In this document: in pieces, positions 57,118 to 64,000 of the stretch
How the letters are laid out: every line of letters starts with the position of its first letter
Position numbering within the stretch: the first letter of the stretch is position 1
Source: Klebsiella phage vB_KM5a1-KLB31
DNA: 64,000 nt
Sequence record: PP582757.1
Reading direction: 5' to 3' (one strand)
Notes under the pieces: generated by a model
Seen by the model: only the letters and a program-made list of their open reading frames with translations
Databases searched by the model: none
Told to the model about the DNA's origin: nothing
Program-made: the position numbers and the translations under genes

Positions 57118-57192
57118 TTTTATTTCTCCGTTTGTTTCAACATTTTGTTGGTGTAGAAGCATAATACCATGTTCTACACCAGTTGTAAACAC
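57118..57192 (-). promoter_or_regulatory. early promoter stem-loop cassette
   Basis: TTGTTGGTGTAGAAGCATAATACCATGTTCTACACCAGTTGTAAACAC. Perfect TGGTGTAGAAC/GTTCTACACCA stem around TATTAT. Confidence 0.6.
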
Positions 57193-57864
57193 TTATGCAA
57201 ACATTTTTTTGCAGAGGTCCCACTGAACCAGAGCATAACGTTCGTTATAGCCACAGTTCATGAATTCACGCTTGAAGTTATCCATCCACAACCAATTGTT
57301 ATCTTTAACTTCTTTTTCATGATAGATGCTGATAGCCAGTTTAGTAGGCTTAGCAACACGTTTCTTTTCGCCGCCAAAGTTAGGAGAAGAAGGCTTTTTA
57401 GAACGTGGCAGTTCACGATTAGTGAAAGCCGCTACATCAAATTCAGATTCTTGACGTGTATGTCCTGAGTTAATCATCCACTCAATTCTGAAACCTGGGC
57501 CAGATTTGATTGGTGTAGTAGCACGAGCATGTGTATCACCGAGTTCGATAGCCTTGGCACGCCATACCTTTGAGTGACCTTCGCCTGGACATAATGCATG
57601 AGCCAGTTCATGAAGAATTGTTTCTTCGACCTGGGCAGCAGTCATTGCAAAGAAGAAGTGTGCCTGAATAGCAATTTTCTTTCTCCATGCAGAGCAATAA
57701 CCAATGTTGCGTTTTGAAGTAGAAGACACAACATGGAAGCTCCAACCTTCAAGACCGTGTTGCTTACATTTACCTTCGAAGAAACCTTTAGCGGATTCAA
57801 CTGAATGATACAAATGACCATCTAAGTAAAAAGCTTTAGATAAGATGCGATCAATAAGGTTCAT
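57193..57864 (-). CDS. SprT-like zinc metallopeptidase-domain protein (HExxH)
   Basis: ILHELAHALCPGEGHSKVW is a HExxH motif in a SprT-like context (GYC...I..FF). The C-terminal half is basic (KKPSSPNFGGEKKRVAKPTK). 223 aa. Confidence 0.6.
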   Translation of the reverse strand: MNLIDRILSKAFYLDGHLYHSVESAKGFFEGKCKQHGLEGWSFHVVSSTSKRNIGYCSAWRKKIAIQAHFFFAMTAAQVEETILHELAHALCPGEGHSKVWRAKAIELGDTHARATTPIKSGPGFRIEWMINSGHTRQESEFDVAAFTNRELPRSKKPSSPNFGGEKKRVAKPTKLAISIYHEKEVKDNNWLWMDNFKREFMNCGYNERYALVQWDLCKKMFA

Positions 57865-57925
57865 ATTAAGTTCTCCATGTTGGTGTAGAAGTATAGTAAC
57901 CTGTTTTAAAGCATGTGTAAACCCC
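57865..57925 (-). promoter_or_regulatory. early promoter stem-loop cassette
   Basis: CCATGTTGGTGTAGAAGTATAGTAACCTGTTTTAAAGCATGTGTAAACCCC. Confidence 0.5.
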
Positions 57926-57935
57926 GAATGCGAAA

Positions 57936-57953
57936 AAGGGACCCGAAGGTCCC
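57936..57953 (-). terminator. GGGACCCGAAGGTCCC tetraloop hairpin
   Basis: AAAAAGGGACCCGAAGGTCCCTTAAAAG lies 3' of the micro-ORFs that follow gene 52. Confidence 0.5.
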
Positions 57954-58030
57954 TTAAAAGAAGTATTCAATGACTAAGTATATAATCCATAAGAAGAAAA
58001 TCATTCCTACAAACAGACCGTATATCGTCA

Positions 58031-58180
58031 TCATTTGGCCAGGCTTACAAGATAGACGATAAGTCTGGTGACCGCATAAGAAATCAATGCAATACCAGAA
58101 GCTACCGCCACAGGTTGTCCTGCCAACAGTGCCAAGCCGCTAAACAAAGCGGCATTAGTTAGACCTACGAAAACACTCAT
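58031..58180 (-). CDS. 49-aa hydrophobic membrane peptide; unlisted ORF (approximate coordinates)
   Basis: MSVFVGLTNAALFSGLALLAGQPVAVASGIALISYAVTRLIVYLVSLAK. Start overlaps the gene 52 stop. Followed by a second overlapping 26-aa hydrophobic ORF (MMTIYGLFVGMIFFLWIIYLVIEYFF). Confidence 0.4.
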   Translation of the reverse strand: MSVFVGLTNAALFSGLALLAGQPVAVASGIALISYAVTRLIVYLVSLAK

Positions 58181-59502
58181 TTCAGTTCCTCTAAATCTTT
58201 GAGATATTCTGTTTTCACATCAGTGGTCTTCCAGTATTCATGTTCTTCTTTCTTGGCCTTAGCTTCAAGTGCAAGCTTCTTGGCTTCATCAGAAGTCATG
58301 TGGAAGATGTTCATTGCTACAAGTTTTTCTGCAAATTCACCGTATACTGCATTCTGTCCAAGTTCGTCAACAAGTTGTTTACGTGTTTTACCTTGAACGA
58401 CACATACACCATCAATAACATCTTTAATGAATCTGGCCTTAGCCAGAGCAAGTTTGAAGGCGTCTTCGGTATCTTTCAGTTTGCCATCGATTCGTTTTTG
58501 AACAAACGTCTGACGAACTTCTACGAAGTCTTTAATAAGCTCTGAAGCTGTTTCATAAACTTTCAGTTTGCCTTCATGAGTCACAACAGTGATGTTCTGC
58601 GAGCGCCTTTCAATAAGAGAAAAGTCTTTCATGATTTTTGCATGACGTTCTTCTTCAGTTTCACCAAGACCATATTCCTTACGGAATTTAATCTTGAAGC
58701 CGAAGCCGCTTTCATCGCAATCATCGTCCCAAGTAATAAAACCTTTTTCTTCTAATGCATCAAGAATTTTGACATATTTTTCACGGTCATATTTGTATGG
58801 GATTTCCGTGATTAACATTTGAGTTCTTGAAGTGAACTTGTATTTTCCATGAAGTTCCCAACGTCCATCAACTTCGATTACATCACCTTTGAATTCCGGG
58901 AACGAAACTTTAGGCTCAGTAATTTTCTTGCCTTCCAAAGCTTGACGAACAGCTTTCTTGACCGAGGCCATATCATGAGGCAAAATAGAAGTAGCATAAC
59001 CGGTAGCAATGCCCGAAATACCATTGAGAAGAACCACAGGCACAATAGGAAGATAATAAGCAGGAGGGGTGTGTTCTTTATCTTTATGAACCGGCGCATA
59101 TTCAGTGTCCTTATAGACATCAAAGAAGTTTTTGCCTACACGGGCAAAGATATAACGTGAAGCCGCAGCTTCTTGGACCAGTCGAGAACCGAAGTTACCT
59201 TGACCATCCAGAATTGGATAGTTGTTGTTCCATGTGTTCGCCATTAACGCACCTGCGTCTTGAGCAGAACCTTCACCATGGTGATAACCTAAGTCGGCTA
59301 CGCCACCTGCAATGCTTGCCAACTTATGAAACTTCTCACGATTGCCACGACCTAATTCAAGAGCACGTGCCACAACAAAACGTTGAACAGGTTTCAACCC
59401 ATCAATCATATTTGGAATCGCACGATTCTCTACAGTATACATTGCATAAGCTAATGCTTCGTTATCAATAATGCTTTTCAAACCACGATTTGTTAATTGC
59501 AT
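58177..59502 (-). CDS. 52: DNA topoisomerase II medium subunit gp52 (GyrA-like)
   Basis: 441 aa against T4 gp52 at 442 aa. Topo IIA breakage-reunion domain with the catalytic-Tyr region (ASRYIFARV). Confidence 0.92.
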   Translation of the reverse strand: MQLTNRGLKSIIDNEALAYAMYTVENRAIPNMIDGLKPVQRFVVARALELGRGNREKFHKLASIAGGVADLGYHHGEGSAQDAGALMANTWNNNYPILDGQGNFGSRLVQEAAASRYIFARVGKNFFDVYKDTEYAPVHKDKEHTPPAYYLPIVPVVLLNGISGIATGYATSILPHDMASVKKAVRQALEGKKITEPKVSFPEFKGDVIEVDGRWELHGKYKFTSRTQMLITEIPYKYDREKYVKILDALEEKGFITWDDDCDESGFGFKIKFRKEYGLGETEEERHAKIMKDFSLIERRSQNITVVTHEGKLKVYETASELIKDFVEVRQTFVQKRIDGKLKDTEDAFKLALAKARFIKDVIDGVCVVQGKTRKQLVDELGQNAVYGEFAEKLVAMNIFHMTSDEAKKLALEAKAKKEEHEYWKTTDVKTEYLKDLEELK

Positions 59503-59507
59503 AATAC

Positions 59508-60083
59508 CTACCAGGCTATTGAAGAGATTTGTACTATAACATCAGAAATGAACAGCACAACAGAAATGAGCCCGTATAGAACTCCGTAATATAAAACAAT
59601 TGCCAAAATAGCGGCCACTAGGACCGCAATCAGAAATTTCTTCATAGTTTAAAAATGACGAAATATAGGATTAAAATGCCCATCAGCCCAGATGAAATTG
59701 CTGTTGCCGGCAGGACACCTGTAAAGAACAGTATAGTTAAAGTGGACCAAACACAACATAAAAATGCTTTCATTAGCTATTAGCCTCACGACAAATACCG
59801 ACAACACAAGAAATAATCCAGGCAATAAACATAAAACCCATGAATGTTGCAGATGGAATCCATGCACCAGTAAAGAAACATACGGCACATACAATAGAAA
59901 TAATCAACTCAATAAAGATTACAAGAATCATTTAATGACCCCACATAAAATAGCTACACGCTCTAATGCAATAAGAGCTACACCATAGGCGGTTAAACCT
60001 ACAATCTCAGGTGTGACAGGGAGACCTAAGAACAAGAATGTCCCTGCCACAAACATAATGCCTATCAGATAAAGATAGGCCAT
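59508..60083 (-). CDS. chain of four translationally coupled micro-ORFs (45, 43, 52 and 51 aa) encoding small hydrophobic membrane peptides (T4 ac/stp/ndd.x-like region); not in ORF track
   Basis: By hand: A 59508..59645 MKKFLIAVLVAAILAIVLYYGVLYGLISVVLFISDVIVQISSIAW. B 59642..59773 MKAFLCCVWSTLTILFFTGVLPATAISSGLMGILILYFVIFKL. C 59773..59931 MILVIFIELIISIVCAVCFFTGAWIPSATFMGFMFIAWIISCVVGICREANS. D 59928..60083 MAYLYLIGIMFVAGTFLFLGLPVTPEIVGLTAYGVALIALERVAILCGVIK. Junctions are ATGA/TAATG overlaps. Confidence 0.45.
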
Positions 60084-60100
60084 ACACCTGACCGTATTCA

Positions 60101-60559
60101 TTAGTAGCTCTGCAGAATGAACTTGAAGTGGTCGTTCAACATACGGTTCATTTCAGAGAAGTTCTGATATTCATCTTTGTGTTTCTTAGTGAACATCAGA
60201 GACAGTTGACCTTTACCAAAGCCTGTGGTCAGAGGTTTCATTTTCTGAGCAGGAACAAAGTATACGTCATACAGATTGCCATTAGAAGACAGAGTACGTC
60301 CAAGTTGGCTACGTCCCTGACGAATCTGGGACAGGACATTCAAGAAGCCGGTTTTAGAACGCTGACGACCTACAAAGAAGCGTGCAGCAACCTGACGCCA
60401 TGGCGATGAACCTTTAACCATGAAATAGAATCCAGGTTCAGCCAGGGTTTCAGAGTCGACATAACCAATAGTTTTGCCATTATGAACTGTACAAACAACA
60501 GTTGCACCTACAGCGTCAAGATCGGCACGGGTCATATAGTTACGCATATCAATAGTCAT
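60101..60559 (-). CDS. ndd: nucleoid disruption protein Ndd
   Basis: Matches T4 Ndd as I recall it (PGFYF.V, ARF.VG.QRSK.GF..VLS.IRQ.RSQL.RT, MKPLTTGFGKGQL.L.FT, EYQ...EMNRML.D.FKF.LQ.Y). 152 aa. Confidence 0.88.
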   Translation of the reverse strand: MTIDMRNYMTRADLDAVGATVVCTVHNGKTIGYVDSETLAEPGFYFMVKGSSPWRQVAARFFVGRQRSKTGFLNVLSQIRQGRSQLGRTLSSNGNLYDVYFVPAQKMKPLTTGFGKGQLSLMFTKKHKDEYQNFSEMNRMLNDHFKFILQSY

Positions 60560-60632
60560 ATTAATTTCCTCAATAAGTTAAAATTATTTCTCCAAGGAGG
60601 ACATTATACTCTGTCCTCATGAGTTTGTAAAC

Positions 60633-60827
60633 CTATTTACCAGTTCCGTTCCAAATTGTATCGATAACGGATTTCAGGCCATCAGTTTTAATCATATCAA
60701 AAGCTTCTACAGCAACATAACCCATGAAGCCGAACATTGCAATAACCGCCACAAAGATGATAGCGATAACAACAGTAACAAATTTACGGAAACGATCATG
60801 ACGTGCTTGCATTTGATGGAAGTTCAT
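60633..60827 (-). CDS. small membrane protein
   Basis: 64 aa with a central transmembrane segment (FVTVVIAIIFVAVIAMFGFMGYVAV). Confidence 0.45.
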   Translation of the reverse strand: MNFHQMQARHDRFRKFVTVVIAIIFVAVIAMFGFMGYVAVEAFDMIKTDGLKSVIDTIWNGTGK

Positions 60828-60835
60828 TATTCATC

Positions 60836-61213
60836 CTTCTTAAAGGCTTCAGAGCATTTGATATGAAAATAGTTCAGGTCATCCCAAGAGAAAACCTCAG
60901 GCGAAAAAATATTTTCAATAGGCTTGCCACATTCATAACAGTGGTAGATGCGTTTGATAGTCATTTGCGTTCACTCGAAATAGTGATATGAACATCGTTA
61001 AACCCAAGCCAATACGGTGTATTAAAACCTAAAACAAACACTAACGAAAACAGTAAGCCATTAACAAAGTATTTGATGAATTCCATAATATTTTCCTCAG
61101 AAGAAGTAAGCGAAATGAACACGAATCACATCAATGAAAAGAACAATTGGGAAGATAGCCAGGACAATTGCCAGGACCATCATGTTCCAGATTGCTTTCA
61201 GTAATTTTTTCAT
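60836..61213 (-). CDS. second chain of three coupled micro-ORFs (about 39, 40 and 46 aa; two hydrophobic, one CxxC-containing); not in ORF track, approximate coordinates
   Basis: MKKLLKAIWNMMVLAIVLAIFPIVLFIDVIRVHFAYFF. MEFIKYFVNGLLFSLVFVLGFNTPYWLGFNDVHITISSERK. MTIKRIYHCYECGKPIENIFSPEVFSWDDLNYFHIKCSEAFKKDE. Overlapping stop/starts. First ORF is 16 nt downstream of the cassette at 61214-61275. Confidence 0.35.
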
Positions 61214-61275
61214 GTTCATCTCCTTTGTTGGTATGAACTTATCTTATCATGATGCGAAGTGGATGTAAACACTTG
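61214..61275 (-). promoter_or_regulatory. early promoter cassette (GTTTACATCCACTTCGCATCATGA TAAGAT)
   Basis: Minus-strand -35 GTTTAC, 18-nt spacer, TAAGAT, then GGAG SD and the ATG of the MKKLLKAIWN micro-ORF. Confidence 0.45.
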
Positions 61276-61325
61276 CAAGTATCATTATTGCAGGAATACT
61301 TAACATCCACACAAAACACCAGAAC

Positions 61326-61517
61326 TTACTCAAAGCCAGCGCTCCCAACAACTCGGTCCATTGTATCAAAAATCTTACATTGGCCATTACGATACATAGA
61401 AGCAAGTTCTTCAGCTGCAATCTGAATCTCATTCCCATACATATGGGAATCACAAGTCTTGAAACGTGGTTCGCCATTTTCAAGTTCAAACCAAATCATG
61501 ATAGTTACTTTAATCAC
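61326..61517 (-). CDS. hypothetical protein
   Basis: 63-aa ORF ending just upstream of the promoter cassette. Preferred over the overlapping 61247..61489 ORF. Confidence 0.4.
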   Translation of the reverse strand: MIKVTIMIWFELENGEPRFKTCDSHMYGNEIQIAAEELASMYRNGQCKIFDTMDRVVGSAGFE

Positions 61518-61765
61518 AGTTCCACCTCTTTCATTTCAACTTGCAGATTGTCAATAGCTTTCTTTACAGCAGACGGGATATCGTAAGACCATGAATCATG
61601 CATATGGCCTGCCAGAATTTTATGAAGTTCTTCTACCGAACCGAAGTAAGGTTGTTCACCTTCACCACCGAAAGAAAGATTAACCCATGAACCTTCTTCG
61701 TTTGAATCAAAATCAGCTACAATGATGTCGCCTGAAACTTTATGTCTGAGATAAAAGAATTTCAT
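61514..61765 (-). CDS. hypothetical protein
   Basis: From the internal MKFFYLRHK. Preceded by the cassette at 61781-61838. Confidence 0.4.
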   Translation of the reverse strand: MKFFYLRHKVSGDIIVADFDSNEEGSWVNLSFGGEGEQPYFGSVEELHKILAGHMHDSWSYDIPSAVKKAIDNLQVEMKEVEL

Positions 61766-61780
61766 TTTAGTACTCCTCAC

Positions 61781-61838
61781 TTGTTGGTGTAGGAGTACTA
61801 TATCATGCTAGATTTGTTGTGTAAACTGGTGGAAGTTA
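61781..61838 (-). promoter_or_regulatory. early promoter stem-loop cassette; its -35 overlaps the 3' end of the upstream gene
   Basis: TTGTTGGTGTAGGAGTACTATATCATGCTAGATTTGTTGTGTAAACTGG. The GTTTACA -35 encodes ...QFTQQI* of ORF 61808..62428. Confidence 0.5.
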
Positions 61839-62428
61839 AAATCTTCCATGTGATAAGGGCGAGACGACAGGTACCACCCATCGTTGTATTGTGATTTGAT
61901 AACCAGGCCAGAGTCTTTAACGAAGGCATCACGACCAGCAAGATACTTAGGAGTAAACAGGGTGGCGCCTGTTGCATCTTGTTTAGTGTCGAATATGATT
62001 ATTAAGTCTGCAAGCTTGTGCCCAAGGAAGGGTCCTAGGTTGATTCCCCATAATGTTGCCGGATAATCGCCAGACATTCCAGTGTTCACCGTAATGTACT
62101 TTGAATTTGCCTGATGGGTTTTGACTTCAATCCTTACGCCATCTTTCCCTACAACATCATAAGCAAAAGACCAAGGATTCTCATGGTTCTCACGACCAGT
62201 AGGCATGAACCCATGAACGGCATTCATTACTATCTGTTCGGCCATCATAGCCACTAGATTACGACGTAGAACATCTTGCTCATTTTGAGATGGGTCTTGT
62301 CTTAAAGAATAATGAGAAGTTTCACGAGCTTTTTCTTTAGCCAGAGGAGTCATGTACTTACTAGACATCTTTGTTGGCTCAAGGCGCTGCAAGAGCGCCC
62401 AAGTATCACTGTTCCGAATCATTTTCAA
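61808..62428 (-). CDS. hypothetical protein (at the denB position)
   Basis: 206-aa ORF between the ndd cluster and rIIB. T4 has denB (endonuclease IV) here. Homology not verifiable by eye. Confidence 0.35.
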   Translation of the reverse strand: MKMIRNSDTWALLQRLEPTKMSSKYMTPLAKEKARETSHYSLRQDPSQNEQDVLRRNLVAMMAEQIVMNAVHGFMPTGRENHENPWSFAYDVVGKDGVRIEVKTHQANSKYITVNTGMSGDYPATLWGINLGPFLGHKLADLIIIFDTKQDATGATLFTPKYLAGRDAFVKDSGLVIKSQYNDGWYLSSRPYHMEDFNFHQFTQQI

Positions 62429-62696
62429 CCTTAGGCGGATTTAAACCCTGTGAATGAGAACCATTGATATAGATGTCTTCGACATAAAGCGTTCCTTCAT
62501 AACAACGATCGTCATGGTTCAACTTGCTTTTATCTAATGTATCAAAATCTACACCATAATAAAGGTCATTGCAATACAGGATTCCTGCACCATACTTAAT
62601 CTCTACACTTTTACAATAAACATTATGTGCATGATGATTGCCGTGCAATGTAGAATGTTTGATACCTGGTGTCAGGTCATTCATAGGGTTTATCAT
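62406..62696 (-). CDS. hypothetical His/Cys-rich protein
   Basis: Start at the internal MINPMNDL with a GAGGT SD, 7 nt after the upstream stop. Confidence 0.4.
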   Translation of the reverse strand: MINPMNDLTPGIKHSTLHGNHHAHNVYCKSVEIKYGAGILYCNDLYYGVDFDTLDKSKLNHDDRCYEGTLYVEDIYINGSHSQGLNPPKVENDSEQ

Positions 62697-62703
62697 AATT
62701 ACC

Positions 62704-62895
62704 TCAGAATCGTGCGATACGTTTTTCAAGAATGTGTTGGTATGCACTCATTGTATCAAGCTGTCGCAGAAGCAGTTCTTTATCAATATCTTCGAGAGTT
62801 TTGAACACTGCGCCTACAGTGAATGCACGAAGAGCATTAATTTTCAAGGAAAGTTCAGAATGTTCATCAACAACACGAGATTGGAAACCGGTCAT
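62704..62895 (-). CDS. hypothetical protein
   Basis: 63-aa ORF just downstream of the rIIB terminator. Confidence 0.4.
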   Translation of the reverse strand: MTGFQSRVVDEHSELSLKINALRAFTVGAVFKTLEDIDKELLLRQLDTMSAYQHILEKRIARF

Positions 62896-62908
62896 AAAGC
62901 CTCAATAA

Positions 62909-62922
62909 GGGGCCGAAGCCCC
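62909..62922 (-). terminator. GGGGCCGAAGCCCC tetraloop hairpin after rIIB
   Basis: Perfect 5-bp GC stem with a GAAG/CGAA loop, directly 3' of rIIB. Confidence 0.5.
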
Positions 62923-62934
62923 ATTCAATTTAGA

Positions 62935-63969
62935 TTAGTAAGAATAACCACGAATTTCAGAAGTGAACTTCTCGGTGACGTCTTCAATTACTTCATATTG
63001 GCAGGCACGCATTTTAGCATCGCCGTAGTCAACTGGAATTGAAACTACATCACGTGGATGAACTTTAACTGCTACTACACGAGAAGTGCTGCAGCTGAAG
63101 TGCTTGATGTAGCTCTTAGAGCAAACGTGCAGACCAGCAGAACAAGTTACTTCATCATTATCGTTTACACGAGAACGAGGCATTTTAACAATTTGACCTA
63201 CGCTATTATCGAAAGAACCAGAGTGGTGGTCTTTATAGTCGGAACGAACAACTTTCCAACCGATGAAATGACCATCTTCGGTAAGTTCGATATCGTTCGC
63301 TACCAGGAAGTCGAACAGACGACTTACAGCCTTAGAGCTTGGGTTTTCCAGCAGATTTTCCAGGAATGGCAGATAGAACTCGAAGTTCTCACCTTTGTTC
63401 ATGGAATCAAGAATACGATCAACCAGGCCTGAGCGCAGTTCGATGTCCTGATAATACAGAGTACCATCGGCAATACGAACATCGCCTTTAACGAACTCTT
63501 TAACAGCACGTTCGATGTTGATAGTATCACGAGCCTTACGAACCAGTTCCTGTTCTTCAGCGTAAGATTTACCTACGGACTGACTCAAGAATGCGAATGC
63601 AGCCGCAAACCCAGGATGGTCTTTATCTGCGTTCCAAGTTTCACGACCTTGAGTAATGGAGATGAATTTAGAGTTCGCGTTCCAGATAAATGATGGTTCT
63701 GCAACTTTAACTTCGATTTTAATTGGAGCCGGTACTGGAGTTGGAGTTACAGTGATTTCACCTTTAGCAATGAAACGGCCTTTAGAATCACGAGACGGGC
63801 CTTTAAATGCGAACTGAACAGAAGTATCTTTATGGTCACGGATAACACGATAAATCGTATCACGTGAAACACCATAATCATCGGCCAGTTCTTGCTGGGT
63901 TTTCAGTTTAGCTTTATAAGTAGCTACAATCTTTGATTTCTCGGATGCACTTAAACATTTAACAGTCAT
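62935..63969 (-). CDS. rIIB: rIIB protein
   Basis: Collinear with T4 rIIB as I recall it (QQELAD..GVS.DTI.RV, IWNA..KFISIT, YQ.IELRSGLVDRILDSM.KGENFEFY.PFLENLLENPS.KAVSRLFDFLVANDIE.TEDG, WKVVRS.Y, VKMPR.RVND.D, CS.GLHVCSKSYI.HF, STSRVV.VKVHPRDVVSIP.DY.DAKMR.CQYEV.EDVTE). Confidence 0.88.
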   Translation of the reverse strand: MTVKCLSASEKSKIVATYKAKLKTQQELADDYGVSRDTIYRVIRDHKDTSVQFAFKGPSRDSKGRFIAKGEITVTPTPVPAPIKIEVKVAEPSFIWNANSKFISITQGRETWNADKDHPGFAAAFAFLSQSVGKSYAEEQELVRKARDTINIERAVKEFVKGDVRIADGTLYYQDIELRSGLVDRILDSMNKGENFEFYLPFLENLLENPSSKAVSRLFDFLVANDIELTEDGHFIGWKVVRSDYKDHHSGSFDNSVGQIVKMPRSRVNDNDEVTCSAGLHVCSKSYIKHFSCSTSRVVAVKVHPRDVVSIPVDYGDAKMRACQYEVIEDVTEKFTSEIRGYSY

Positions 63970-64000
63970 TTACAGTTCTCTTTACAGTTATTAAGGGCGA

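Noticed and set aside
59649-59894. Listed 81-aa minus-strand ORF (TTG start)
   Set aside because: It is entirely overlapped in other frames by a chain of SD-led, ATG-initiated, translationally coupled micro-ORFs with hydrophobic products. The long frame has no ATG or SD and is most likely a shadow ORF.
61247-61489. Listed 80-aa minus-strand ORF
   Set aside because: Its 5' end runs through the promoter cassette (61214-61275) and it overlaps the better-placed ORF 61326..61517 in another frame. Likely spurious.

Overview
This window is a T4-like (Tevenvirinae) myovirus genome segment, collinear with T4 from gene 24 through rIIB and with no obvious rearrangement. The plus strand carries late genes: a 5'-truncated gp24 capsid vertex gene, uvsW, baseplate genes 51-27-28-29-48-54, the long tail fiber genes 34-35-36-37, two tandem T2-type gp38 adhesin paralogs and the holin t. 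The minus strand carries early and middle genes: rnlB, hoc, inh, uvsY, 25, 26, alt, DNA ligase 30 and a block of 30.x genes, rIII, 31, cd, pseT, a spanin pair, alc, rnlA, denA, nrdB, nrdA, td, frd, 32, 59, 33, dsbA, rnh, asiA, motA, 52, ndd and rIIB. No introns or homing-endonuclease ORFs were seen; td and nrdB are uninterrupted. Things the T4 backbone does not explain: a full-length class-I DAHP synthase gene inserted between cd and pseT; a SprT-like HExxH metalloprotease gene next to gene 52; two tandem gp38 adhesin paralogs separated by a late promoter, a hairpin and a GC-rich 23-bp tandem direct repeat; at least 16 copies of a roughly 55-bp early-promoter-plus-stem-loop cassette (GTTTAC-N17/18-TATTAT wrapped in an inverted repeat), all in minus-strand orientation; a perfect 23-bp inverted repeat with a 17-nt loop downstream of gene 32; a roughly 240-bp relatively GC-rich non-coding stretch downstream of rIII; and chains of translationally coupled micro-ORFs encoding tiny membrane peptides that the ORF track does not list. 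Intrinsic terminators are almost all GC stems closed by CGAA/GAAG/UUCG-type tetraloops. Coordinates of the unlisted micro-ORFs were derived by hand and may be off by a few nucleotides. The track writes TTG/GTG starts as M, and several listed ORFs have their real ATG further downstream.
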